Below, piece after piece: positions 25,630 through 38,852 of a DNA stretch of 64,000 bases. This DNA comes from Geosiphon pyriformis uo1. Lineage: Eukaryota; Fungi; Glomeromycota. The stretch's first letter is position 1. Each line of letters begins with the position of its first letter. Under the pieces are notes generated by a model. It worked only from the letters and a program-made list of their open reading frames with translations. It was not told the DNA's origin and ran no database searches. The translations under genes were made by a program, and so were the position numbers. The stretch is taken from positions 1 to 64,000 of the forward strand of contig JAAOMT010000594.1 in the NCBI GenBank assembly GCA_016748015.1, given 5' to 3'.

Positions 25630-26050
25630 AAAAAATAGTTTAATTATTAATTATAATATAAAATTATTTTATTTTACAAATAATTGCAATTCATGTTTTT
25701 TCATATATAATTAATTACTTAAGTCAATTAAAATTATATTATATTATATTAACAAAAATATTTAATTTACAATATAATTACAAACTTAATTATACAAAAA
25801 AAACATTAATCTAATATATAAATTAACAAAAATAAAATTACTTAACTTAAACAGTTATCATTATTTAATAAATAACAAAAACATTGGTTTTTATTTTTTA
25901 ACAAATACAATTTCAGTTTAAAAGTATTAAAAAAAATTGTTTAATATTTTTAGAGTTTTAAAAGGTTTGTTTATATATTTAATAATAATTAAGTCAATAA
26001 TTAGCTTTTAAAAATAAAATAATTCACGTATATAGTATAAATTATAAATT
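25630..26050 (-). mobile_element. Eroded LINE 3' end, tail-to-tail with the + strand relic
   Basis: rc of 25680-25740 resembles the 3' UTR at 25000-25060. Confidence 0.55.
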
Positions 26051-26188
26051 CAATTGTAAACAATGTTATTTACATTAATTTTTAAAGTAATTTATAAAAA
26101 AAGTCATTTACAAAAAATGTTTCATCAAAATTAGTAATATATTTTATAAAGTAAATCTTTAAACACCAAACTTTTGTAAAAAATTATC

Positions 26189-27449
26189 ATGTCTTTACAG
26201 CATGATAGGACTGGAAAGGTAAATAGTAGGCTTAAAATCTTTTCTAAATTTTCTAAAATCCTTACACAAATTTAGGCAGTCAATAGAAAGAGCAAAAAGA
26301 ATCGAAGTCTTCAAAAACCCTTTATAGTTCCAAAGAAGCAAATTCAAAAAGACGAACTTGGACCTGTAAAGAAGAAATTACGGATAAGGTATAATTTCGT
26401 ACTTAGAAGGCAATTCAAAACCAAACCATTTATTAATACAATTAATGAAACCAGCTCTGAGCGAAAAACACTAGTTGAAAACACAAGTGTTACAAAAACC
26501 ATAGTGAAAAGTGACATATGGCTCGAGGGGGTTAAGCAAGATTTGAACCCACTGTACAGCAACAGCGAGCTAAAATCCACAAATCTATTAACAAATTTTA
26601 ATCTGGCAAGTAATCAAAACAAGTGAGTGATTTTGGTCGTTACTTTTTAATTTTTGACTCAAACATAATATTAACGGAGAGTTTGAGAAACGGCAAAATA
26701 GAATCGGAAAATATATAGCCATGGATTGTGAAATGGTTGGGGTCGGTCCTGACGGAATAGAATCTGCTCTGGCGCGTGTGAGTATCGTAAACTTTCACGG
26801 TACGGTAATATTGGATAAATACGTACGCCCTTTAGAACGCATCACAGATTTTCGTACATCCATCAGCGGAATCACACCAGATTTACTAATCCAAGGTAAT
26901 AAGAAACCATTCTTGACTGCTTTTTTCAGATCTCAGAATTTTTAATGATCTACTGTTTTTAAGCCCACGAATTCAAAGATGTTCAAAAAGAAATCGCGGA
27001 AATTCTTCAAGATCGAATAATCATTGGCCATTCTATTCATTACGATTTCAGGGTAAAATGCATAATTGTGATGTATTTTTATTCCCATAAAATACTTAAT
27101 TCATCTATTATTTTAAAGGCCTTGCTTTTAAATCATCCACATCGAATGATACGTGATACTTCACTGTATACCCCATTAAGGCAGCACGCTAGAGGTAAGA
27201 CACCATCGCTAAAAAAATTAGCAAAAGAAGAGCTTGGACTAATTATTCAGCAAGGAACTCATTCCTCTGTGAGTATTTTTCGAAGGTTTTTTATTGTACT
27301 TAAAAACCTATTGAGTAAATTTGCTACAATTATAGGTGGAAGATGCCAAAGTTTGTATGCTGCTCTTCCGCAAACATAAAAAGGATTGGGAAAAATTATT
27401 TTTTGTAAAAAGAAATTCAAAAAAAAGGCCATCAGACAATCAAGAATAA
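26189..27449 (+). CDS. REX4: RNA exonuclease 4 (DEDDh 3'-5' exonuclease), probably 6 exons
   Basis: [62 protein letters not shown]|[11 protein letters not shown] joined by GT-AG introns; basic N-terminus from ATG 26189 (5' exons less certain); TAA at 27447-27449. Confidence 0.92.
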
Positions 27450-27619
27450 CCAGATTACAACATAGGTTCCCAGTATTGGGTTTTCCAGATTAATTTTTCT
27501 CGTTTGAATAAAAGCTTTATATTAGGCTTCGAATAGATTCGAAATCTCGGGAGTGATTATATTGACTATTAGACCAAAGATCGAATTAATCATTTAAACA
27601 ATATTCAACAAAGCCAATC

Positions 27620-28043
27620 TCAATGTCCATGTTGAGCTTTTTTCCATTTGATATTATCACCGGCTGAAATGATATTGGAAAAGTTAATTAGATGATTTTA
27701 GATACTAAAAAAGAAACTTTCGCTTTTTCTCAAATGAAATAGCAATCTATATGATGCCAGTGAGACTTGTCGACCATTAACACATACCTTTTGGGTTTTT
27801 TGGATCAGTGTCATATGGGGGAGCTGGAGTTTTTATTTTAGGCTTGGGTTTAGTCCGAGTAGAAAGCGAAGCTGAAGTTTACATCTTCATTTAAGCAAAC
27901 TCACTTGATAGCATGGCGTTTTCAATCTTCACAATACCAACATACACGATGGCAGCACCGGCCATAAAAGGCCAAAGAGGTTTTAAGATAGGTGTAGGCC
28001 AAACACGAAAACCAGTAATACGAGTAATAAAGCTTTCAATCAT
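27620..28043 (-). CDS. ATP18: Mitochondrial ATP synthase subunit i/j, 72 aa, 3 exons
   Basis: Exons 28043-27905, 27823-27788, 27663-27620 (GTGAGT/GTATGT donors, CAG acceptors) give MIESFITRITGFRVWPTPILKPLWPFMAGAAIVYVGIVKIENAMLSTPPYDTDPKNPKAGDNIKWKKAQHGH; PTPILKxxWPF and DPxNP are Atp18 hallmarks. Confidence 0.93.
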
Positions 28044-28282
28044 TGTTATAATACAAGGAAGGATATTGAAATTTGCACCCTTAGGTAAAATAATTTATTG
28101 ATATGTTGATCGAAAATTTAGTAAGTAAAAACAATTACTGTAGCATAAAATATTTCTTTAAAAATAATTAATTTAACAATTTTAACATACCACTTACATT
28201 AATCAAAGATATACAAAATTTTGAATGTATTAAAAATACAACTATTTTTTTATTATATAATTTATACTTAAAAAAAAAATAA

Positions 28283-28790
28283 AACTCTTTTTCTTTTGTA
28301 TTTTTATAATTAAAACTGGAGCAAAAAGTAAAAAAGTTGTAATTTTTTATTTTTAAAGCAATTGGTAGAATTTTTTACTAACAAAGCACTTGTTGTTTAA
28401 CAGCACTCTATAAAACCATTTTTTTAAATAAAGTAGTAGTAAACTAGTTTTTTATTGGTTCTAAAACACTATTTTTGTTTTTGGTTAAAAGTTTTTATAA
28501 AAAAACCCATCTAAAATAGTTTTAATGTAATTTTTTGTTTATTTTAAGAGTTTTAAAATATTTGTTAAAAAGCCAATAATCAAATTATCTTTTTTTTTCC
28601 AAATAATTAAAAAAACCAAGTCAATTAAAAAATTATTTTTTTAACTTTTTATTATATTTAATAACAATTTTTTTGCAATATTAAAATTTTTTTTTGCTGT
28701 TTTAATATTAGTTTTAGTGTTTTAAAACCAGTTTTTCTTTTTATAAAAATAAAACTTTGGTTTTTTTGGCTTTTTTGTTAATTTTACAAT
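28283..28790 (+). mobile_element. Eroded 5' part of a relative of the ORF1-only element
   Basis: TTTTATAATTAAAACTGGAGCAAAAAGTAAAAAAGTTGTA near 28302 aligns with TTTTATGACCACGACCAGAACTAAGAGTAAAAAGGCTGCA at 16054; weaker similarity downstream. Confidence 0.5.
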
Positions 28791-28949
28791 ATTAATATTA
28801 ATTATAATACTTAATTTTATTATAATTATAAATAATAATTAGTTTTTTATTTTAAATAATAATAATAAAAACATATTAATTTATTTTAATTTGAATTTAA
28901 TTTTTAATATATATTTTTAAAATATTAGTCTTTAATTAATTATTATTAA

Positions 28950-29700
28950 TTTTATTATTATTATTATTTAATAAATGTAGTTTTATTGCTATTTAATACA
29001 AAAAATCAAATTAAAAAACTTTAACTAAATACAATTTATGTGCTTTTTATATGTAATCAGTTACTTAAATTAATTAAGACTATATTATATACTTATTTGT
29101 ATTATTATATTACTATTTAATCCAGAAAAAACAAATAAAATTTACAAAATCCAAAACCAACAATAAAATTTTTATTAATATTAGCCAAATAAACCATATT
29201 ATTTAACAAATAAAATAACAAAAGACATAATAATTTAGAAATTATATCTATATTATTAACTAAACTATTATTCTTTATATCTGTTTTAAATTTAAATTTA
29301 ACAACTTATATTATTATTTTGTAATTTTCAATAAACTTATGAATAAACTCTATTATTATTGAAACTGTTTTTTTTCTATTTTTAAACATTAATACTATTT
29401 TCTTAAATATTAATACTATCTTCTTAAACTATTTTTTTATAACAAAATTTTTACAAAAAATTTTATACAGATTTATATTAAATAAACTTAACAAAAAAAT
29501 TTAAATAATTATTAACAATAAAAAAATTTTAACATCAACTAAAAATTTTCAGCAAGTAATCAAATTTTATATTATTTTTTATATAAAATAACATTTTTTG
29601 AACAAGTAAAAACATGATTAGAAAACTTTATTCTATCATAAAGCAAATACAATACACCAAAATAGCATTTGTTATAAAGTTTTTTTCTAATTATAACTAG
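28950..29700 (-). mobile_element. Eroded LINE 3' end
   Basis: rc of 29030-29090 resembles the conserved 3' UTR; upstream extent uncertain. Confidence 0.5.
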
Positions 29701-30502
29701 TATTATGAGAAAGTTTTCTTAAAAATTATACTATAATTAATTTTTAATACAATTTTAAATTAAAAAATAATACTGAAAATTATTTAATTGTAATATATAG
29801 ATAATTATATTAATCTTAATAAGTACTGTTTTTGATTTATATTAAATTTTTATTTAATAGAATATTATTATTTTTTTTATTTAAAAATCTAAAGATTAGC
29901 TTAATAAGTTTTTTCTAATTTTTAATAAATATTAGATAATTTTTTTTGATGAATGTTTTTTTTATTTAATTTAATATATAATGTAATGTTTTTGTCAAAA
30001 TTGCTGTTAGTAACCACTATTATACTAGTCTTTTAAGAAGAATTTTCATCATATTTTATATTTTTATTTGTGTTTTTTCTTAAAGTTTCTGCAAAAATAC
30101 TCTTTTTATTTTATATTAATATCAGATATTTGTATTTTTTGTTTATAATATCTTATTCTTAATAAATTTAAAAAAGATTAAAAAAATATATAATTCAACC
30201 AAATTAGTATTTAAAAATAATTTTAATTAGAGATTATTTTTTTAAAACATAAAAAAATTGTTTCAGATTTTTGAATTAACTGTTAATTTTGGCCAAAATA
30301 TTACTATTAATAAATTTCATATAATTATATATAATTAATATTCTTCTAATATGTTTTTAATTTTGTCAAGTTTAGATCTTATTTATGTTTTATTATTGTT
30401 TTTACCAATAAGAAATGATAATAGAAGAGTAATAGTTTTTTTTAAACTTTTATTAAAGTTTAAATTTATAAAAGAAAAAAGTCTTCAATTTATTGATTAT
30501 AT

Positions 30503-31247
30503 TATTATAATTGAATTTTATAATTTTTATTAGTTATTATATACATTAGCCACTAATATTATATAATTAGCCACCCTATTTTTAAATAGTAATCATTAAC
30601 CTGATTAATAATTTGACTGTTAATCTGATTATTAACTTGATTATTAAACTGATCAATAACTTAATTATTGACTTAATCATTAATTTGATCATTGACTTAG
30701 TTATTGACTATTTTTAATAACTATATAAGTAATAAGTCTCTTAACTATAAAAGAACATAATTAAAGTAATAAAATAAAACCCACTATTAATTACTTTTTT
30801 TTAATTTACTTATTTTTTTTTTCTTATTTTTAAGTATTTGAACATCTTGAAATAAAAGATTACTAATTGGTATTTACATATCTTATCTTTTTTACTTTTT
30901 GATTTGTATTTATTAAAATTAGCTTAAAAAGTGATTGCTTGCATTTGTGATTAAATAAAAAAATAATTGAAAAGCACAATGATATCTATTATTAATTATA
31001 AGAATTACTAAGTTGAAACATAGAACAATAATAGTAATATTATCTTGTTAACAATTACAAACTATTTCTTACTTTTAGATTTCCAGAAAAAATTAATAAC
31101 TGTGATATTTATGAAATTAATTACACATATTCAATCTTTACTTATTTAATTCACTTTTTTATTGTAATTTTCTTTTTGATAAATTTTATTACTCTATAAT
31201 TTTGTTTTTCTTTGCTATCTATTAATTTATTACTTCAACTTATAACA
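30503..31247 (+). repeat. 5' LTR of the eroded element, with a 12-nt tandem array
   Basis: Direct repeat of 37556-38232; ends TAACA. Confidence 0.85.
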
Positions 31248-34200
31248 TAAAAGTAGTGTTTTCTGTAAAATTGTTAAAATTCACTTTGTTTTTTATTGTA
31301 TAAGTGATTATTTATATTTGCCACAACAATCAGAAAAACACTTTATAGTATACAACAGAAACAATTTAAATTTTATTGAACTTAATCTTTTGTTTTTTTG
31401 CTTAATCTGTTTTTTTGTTGAAAAACAATTCAATACACAATTTCAAAATTTTTGGAACTGGTTTTTGAATAAAAATTCAGCTAAAATTTATACAGCTTAT
31501 ATAATCTATTTTTTTAATCAAGTTTATTTTAAAGAAATCTTTAAAAAAAAAAACAACAACATTAATTAACTTTTATATTCAATGACTTTTAAACAATAGT
31601 TTCCTAATTTCGAATATCTGAATCATCAAATTCACATTTAAATTGCTACTTACTAATTAATTAAAACACTTTTTAAAACAAAAAAAAAAGCTACTAAATC
31701 ATTCTTGTTTTTAATTACTTCTTAATTAAATTAAACTGTTTTACACAAACAACTATCTTTAAAATAATGGCTGTTGATCTTATGCAAACAAATATTCTAG
31801 CTATTTTCTAAGATACACAAACTGTTTTGGGATAAAAAAACAACACTTCACTACTATTATTTAAAGATAATACATAAGATCTAATTGAATAATTAGATAA
31901 TTTTGAAAGAACAGTTACAGCCAACCAATATGATAAAAAATACAAGTTTTAAATTATTGGTGGCTATTTTTAACGCTTTTTTGCTACTTGGTTCTTACAA
32001 AAAACCAATGTTGATACTTACCAAAAAATTATTAGATAAATACCAACAAATTTTGGAAAAGAAAACACTTTTTTTACTACTTAGTTTGAAAACAAATTTA
32101 AAACTTCCATTTTGATTTCTAAATAATATATGAAACTAGAAAAAAAACTCAAAATTTTGGTAAAATTGTGATTGAATACACAAAAGCAATAAAAAAACTC
32201 ATTAAATAAGTAGATTCTAAAAGAAATTAGACAAAAAAACAAAAAATTTACTCTTTTATAAAAGAATTGAAAATTAACTTATTATATGTTTTTTGGTTTT
32301 TTTTGGCTTTAAAAAATAATCTTACCATAAATATAGCCATTAAACTTGCTCAAAAAATCAAAAATAACCAAAAAATGTATTTAAGATCTATCTTTTTAGT
32401 TTTTGTTTTTGCTCTTGTTATGGCTTTTGCTTCTTAAATGGCTGTTACTTTTTTTGCTGTTCAAATCCAAAATCCCAATAAACAATTGATAAATAAACTT
32501 ATAGCCAATCTTGCCTAGTTATTAGAACTATTAGCCCAAGCCATCAGAAAAATTTAGCAACTTCAAAGACATAAATTTAAATTCTGTTTTAATCAGTCCC
32601 AGCAATTTTTTTATCAAAGACAACAAAATTATGGCTTATTTGTGTGTTATTGTTGTAAATTAACTAGACATTTCTCCAGAAATTACAACAATCTTTTTTT
32701 GCTTTTTTCAGTTCTTAAAAACAATAATAACTAAAATAATAAACCTATTAACAATAATGCTCTTAATTAAAGACCTAATTATACCAATATTAATTTCTTT
32801 GGAGAGAATTTTTTAGTTAAAGCCACTGTTTATTAGTCTTTAAACTGGTAAGTATACTTTTAAAAGGTGAGAGTGTAAACTAACCAAAAGAAAACTTCTT
32901 TTATGTTTTTAGTTTAACAGATAATAATTATAATATAAATAAATTAGTTATTAACTCTCTGAATCCACAAAGAAAAAAAAAACCAAGGTTGATTTTATTT
33001 TAGAATTTAATAAAGCTTTCATATTAACTGCTAATAACAATAAGCCACTAAAAGCTAAAGTTTTTAAGAATTCTCTAAAGTTAAAACTCCCAAAAATTGT
33101 GCAAAAATCTAGATTCTATTTTGTTGTCAAAGATTTTATAAAAACCATAACACACATTATTTTTGGCCAATTAATGACTCATTTATAGTTTAGAAAAAAT
33201 CTTTGCAAATTTTTGATTTCAAAGAAAAAGACACCAAAAACTAATAAGTGCTTTTAACAAACTAAACTTATTAATAACAGCAATATTAGTCTTTTGATTT
33301 GCAAAGCCCAAGTGGTTAGTTACTTTATTGATTTAATTCTAGACAACAAATTATCTGTCAGTGTTATTGCCAAACATTTTCTTAAAGTTATTAGTAAAAA
33401 AATTAATGAATCTTTAACTTATCTTATAACTAATATGCATAAAAATAAAATAAAAAGTTTGGGTATTGCCAAAACTATTCTTGTTTGTATTAATAGTATT
33501 AGTATTAAAACTAATATAAAAGTTTCTAAAGCCAAAAAATACATTATTATTGTTGACAATAAGTGGTTTAAAAAAGCCAAAGCTTTGCTAAACTATAAGC
33601 TATATGAATTAATCATCAAATGTAATAAGAAACCCATTGTAGTTAAGTGCTATCATTGAACAACTTTTCAAGTATTCAAGCAAAGCCCAAAAATAAACAA
33701 TTATATAATGAAGAAAGCAATAATAAAGAAAATGAAAAAAAACAAAAAAAAACTGCTGAATTTGTTTATACTATCTTTACTAGCAATAACAAGTTACTAG
33801 ATAATGTTAAAATTAACAAAAAAAAATTATTGTAAATAACAAGCCAATCTGCTGACTTTACTATAATATTCTTAAAAAAACTTTTGATAGAAAGCCTGGC
33901 AAAAAAACCAAATATAGTTATTGGTAGCATGATTTTTGTATTTGACACTAGTGTAATAAATTTTTATATTCTCCTAATAATAAATGCAAATTTTGCCTAA
34001 TCTATTACAAAGACTAAGAATCTATTAACTTGATATCAAGAGAAAAGATAAAAAAAATGCAAAAATTCTTTAAAAATAAATTACTTAAAATATAATCATT
34101 AATAATAGAACAAAAAAAAATCTTTTCCAGAAGAAAAAAAAGTAGACATTAAAAACTTGTTGGTTAAAAACAATTCAGTTATTTCAAAAAAAAGTGATAT

Positions 34201-37200
34201 TTTTAAACATATTTATATAATACAACATATTATTACTATCAAAAAAACTTGTTCTATTTACTTGAAGTTTTATCAATCTAATTATCATAATAATAAGTTT
34301 ATTAAGAAAGAAATAAACCAGATAAAAAACCTTGAATTTATACAAAAAACCAAGAATAAATAAGTCTTTTTAATTGTAGTAATATCCAAAAAAGATGAAA
34401 TTCTATGCTTTTGTGTTAACTATTGCCAATTAAATACTATTATTGAAAAAAACATATATTTACTTTCCAAAATTAATGCAATATTAAATTAATTTAATAA
34501 TACTGCTTTTTTTTAATCATTAATTTAATTGTTAAATTTTAACAAATAAAAATGAATTCAGAAAGCAGAAAAAAAATTATTTTTATTACCAAGTATGATA
34601 CATACAAATTTACACTTATGTTTTTTGGTTTTATCAATACTTCTTCTACTTTTTAATATCTAATAAACAAAGTATTTGAATCAGTAAAAAAAACTTTATT
34701 CTGGTCTATTTAAATAACATAATAGTATACTTAAAAATTTGGAATAAACATCTTAAATATTTATAAAAAATTTTTGATCTTCTTAAAAATACTGGTCTCA
34801 AAATTAAAATTAATTTTTTTTTTGGACATCAATTTATCCAGTTTTTTGGTAATTTTATTATAAAAAATAAAATTTTTTTTAACCCAACCAAGATTAAAAA
34901 AGTCCAGAATATTAGACAACCAATAAATGTGTATAAATTACATTTTTTTCTTGGTTTGGTATTTTATTATTGCAAATTTGTTAAGAATTTTTCTAAAATT
35001 GCCTTTTTTCTTAATTAGTTATTCAAAAAAAATGTTAATTATTACTGAAATATATATTAACAAAAAACATTTGAAACTTTAAAAAAAAAATTGGTTATAA
35101 AACCTATTCTCAAGTAATTTAATCTGGATTAATCTTTTATTTTTTATACTAATATATTTAAATATAGACTTGGCATTATTCTTTTACAAAAAAATAAAGA
35201 TGACAAAAAACATGTTATAATATATGCCAATAAACTTTTTTTACCAGCAAAACAGAACTATTTAGTTATTAAGCAAGAATACTTAGCAGTAGTTTAGTTT
35301 ACCAGTTACTAAAGCAAATATCTTCTTGGTATAAAGTTTTTAGTAGTAACAGATTACTAAGCTTTAGTTTGGCTATGTAATAAAAAAAATCTAAAACACA
35401 AATAGATAACTTGCTAAATACTTTATTTAGATAAATTTGACTATAATATACAATATCACAAAGAAGCTAATTATTAAAACACCAATATTCTATTTAAACT
35501 CATTACCAAATAATAGTATAGTCTTCATAAAACCAAACCAACTTAATTATTAGTAATTTTTTTTTAATTAAACACAATAATAGACTTGGACAATTACTTT
35601 GTTTTAATAGAATTTTTGAATAAAAAACAATATTCACTAAACTACATTCAACAGCAAAGAAAACATTTACACAAACAATTAAATTTCTATTTGATTTATT
35701 AGAACCAACTTTACAAAAGAAATAGAAAAGATCCTGATTGTTCTTAAAGAGTTATCAAATTTGAAGAAAAAAAAATTGTAATCTATAACATACATATTAA
35801 TTTATTAATTAGACACTTTAAAAAAACAAAAACAATTCAGAAAACTTTTATTTGTTATTATTAGCCTATCTTAAAAAAAATATTGTTAAGTATATTAAAA
35901 CTTGTAATACTTGCCAAAAAAGAAAAAAACCCAATTACAAAAAAAACATTAATTTAATCTTTATTGGTTAACTATTTAACAAAATTGATATAGATGTTGT
36001 TAAATCTTTAATCATAACTCTTAATAACAATAAATATATTATTACAGCTACTAACTATCTTACAAAATAAATAGAAACAAGAGTCACTCCAGATCAAACA
36101 GCAATTTTTATTGTCAACTTTATTTATGAAGATATTATTTATTATTATAACTGCTTCAAAAAACTTTTATCTAACAGAAAAAGAGCTTTTCTTAATACAC
36201 TGGTTAAAGAACTTTATAAAAAATGTGAATATATTATAAACTTTTTTTCTTTTATTATTCTCAAATAAATGGCTTAATAGAATATTTCAATAGAACACTA
36301 TATAAAATTTTATCCAAAACCAGTAAAGAAACAAACTTATAAAACAAAGTACTGCTTTCAGTTTTGTTAGCTTATAAAACTATAAATAATAACAGAACAA
36401 ATTATGAATTTTTTTATTTGTTTTATGAATGAATAACAATACTACTAATAAAAACTGATATTAAAACAATACTCTTTAAAGAAATTACAATAGGAAATTA
36501 CAAAGACATTTTGCAAAAAAGACTTGATACTATTCTTAATTTCTTGATAAAAGCATAAATAATTGTCTTTAAAAAAATAAAACAGTTTCAAGAAAAGCTT
36601 AAAAAAAAAAAAACTTATAAAACACTTTTTTTAAGTGTTGGTGATTTAATTTTAAAATACCATTTAAACAGAAACAATGTTTATAGTAATAAATTTTCTA
36701 GCTGATAAAAAAAATTTTTTTTAATCAACAAAGTTTTGAACAATGGTTTTTATATTTTACAAGATTAATATAAAACAATCTTTAATAATTGCTCTGTTTA
36801 TAGTACATAATTCAAAAAATATTACAAATGACCTAATTGGTTACCTGTTGTAATAATACTAACATAAATGATTAGCAAAAATCAAATATAAATAAATATA
36901 CTATTTCTAAAACAAAAATATTTTCAATTAACATGAACAATTATTTTTTGGATCAAAATATTCAAATCATTTTCTATACTCTTCATAAGTATTAGATCAA
37001 AAATTATCCAAATGCTATTCTGATTATTAAAAAACAAATTATTATAACTGATAACAATAAAACACATACTGTTATTAAATTAAAGAAAACCACTACCAAA
37101 AAAAAAAATTGGTAGCAAAATAGATAAGTATCTGCTAAAAAACATAACAGCAAACATATTATTATCTTTTAATATACTTGAAAAAACAATTAAAAAAATC

Positions 37201-37555
37201 TTACTTATAGACAAAAATCTGTCATATAGAAGACAATTAAAACTTTATGGTCAACTTAATAAATCATAAAAGACATAAAACTCATAAAAAAAACAACTTC
37301 AGAAATACAAGTGAAAATTTTGAATATTATATAATTAGATGTTTTAAAAGTTTTAACTATTATTAGAAGAGCCAAAACTCTTATACAAAAATTTGATTTT
37401 TTAAATACAAAACTTATTTTATTTCAAATATTATATACTTTATTCACAAAAAACTTTAATAAATTAATTAGCTTTAAGTTAAACAAAACTTTTCAGATAG
37501 ATTATTCTATAAATAGCTTGATTTTGTTAGAACTTAATCTCTTTGAAAAAAATAA

Positions 37556-38232
37556 TATTATGATTAATTCCATAATTTTTATTAATTATCACATGTATTA
37601 ATTATTGATGTCATATAATTAGCCACCCTATTTTTAAAATAATAATTATTAACCTAATTATTGATTTAGTTGTTAACTTAATTATTAATTATTTTTAATA
37701 GCTATATAAGTAATAAGTTTTTTAACTATAAAAAAACATAATCAAAGTAATGAAATAAAACTTACTATCAATTACTTTCTTTTATATCACTTATTTTTTT
37801 TTTCTACTTTTAAGTATCTAAATATCTTAAGATAAAAAATTACTTGTTGATATTTACATACCTTATTTTTTTCACTTTTTAATTTGTATTTATTAGAATT
37901 AGCCTGAAAAATAATTGTTTGTTTTTGTAATTTATTGAATAAAAAAACGATTAAAAAACATAATAATATCTGTTATTAATTCTAAAAATTGCTGAGTTAA
38001 AACATAAAATAATAGCAGCAGTATTATTTTGTTGACAATTACAAACTATTTCTTTACTTTTAGATTCTTAGAAAAGATTAGTAATTGTAATTTTTATGAG
38101 ATTAATTATACATATTGAATTTTTACTTATTTAATTTACTTTCTTATTGTAATTCTCTCTTTAATTAATTTTATTACTTTACAATTCTGTTTTCTCTTGC
38201 TATTTGTTAGCTTATTATTCTAACCTGTAATA
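37556..38232 (+). repeat. 3' LTR of the eroded element
   Basis: Direct repeat of 30503-31247 with fewer array units; preceded by a purine tract. Confidence 0.85.
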
Positions 38233-38434
38233 ATATTATTAATGAGTTTTATAATACAAAATTAAAAGAACATACTGTCTAACTTTTTTTGAAATTATAA
38301 CTTAATTCTTTTTTTTTTATTTTGTCTAAATTGATTTCTTGTTAATTTGTTTGTTTGTTTTTTAATTAAAAAGTTATTATATATATATATTTTTTAAATT
38401 ATACATGATTATACTTATTCTATCCAATTAATGA

Positions 38435-38852
38435 TGTTATAGTTGATTATTTGGGGTCTTAAATCAAATAACAAACTCGTAACTTGGTGCTCAAAAGCTA
38501 TTTCCATTGATGATGTTCTGAAAGTGTTGTATCTGAAGGTTTTGATGGAGTCTTTTGTATAATAGACAGAGATTCAATAGTTGTTTTATCCGTAACTTCC
38601 CAGACTTGCAAGTCGGTCAATTTTTTTCTCAACTTGATGGCCAGCAATTCTCTGGTAAGTAATATGTATCTTCTGTATGTGTTCTACCCTCTTGCAGGGG
38701 TCTTTTACCAGACAATCCTTGATGTCAGTAATTAGCACTTTCAATCAATTGGTTAGTGCACAATAACAAAATCACAGAAAAATAAAGAAAATAAAGAAAT
38801 CTAAAGAAATAAGCCAAGACAATTTGCAGATTAGTATCCTGTCAATAGCTGT
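38435..38852 (-). repeat. Solo LTR, 3' (U5) half; other half at 59209-59640
   Basis: Reverse complement of LTR 39285-39698; ATGA at 38431-38434 is repeated at 59641-59644. Confidence 0.93.

Larger units (their letters stand above)
11360..25630 (+). mobile_element. Old 5'-truncated LINE relic in three pieces (11360-11908, 13260-16034, 25135-25630); host of younger insertions
   Basis: Collinear with young ORF2: 11370-11570 = 20897-21100; 13298-13350 = 21870-21925; 14021-14160 = 22620-22760; 15110 = RNase H DVYTDGS region; 15830-15905 = C-terminal Zn finger; resumes at 25145 = 24636; 3' UTR hairpin relic TATATA-GAAAA-TATATA near 25528. Confidence 0.88.
30503..38232 (+). mobile_element. Eroded full-length Ty3/Gypsy element of a second family (no dUTPase), ATAT flanks
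   Basis: LTR pair 30503-31247 and 37556-38232; PBS-like at about 31252; knuckle relic at 32642; protease LILD motif at 33332; RT, RNase H and integrase relics 34200-36850 collinear with 48400-51000; post-integrase ORF relic ending next to the PPT. Confidence 0.88.

Noticed and set aside
27913-28101. 62-aa + strand ORF
   Set aside because: Antisense shadow of ATP18 exon 1.
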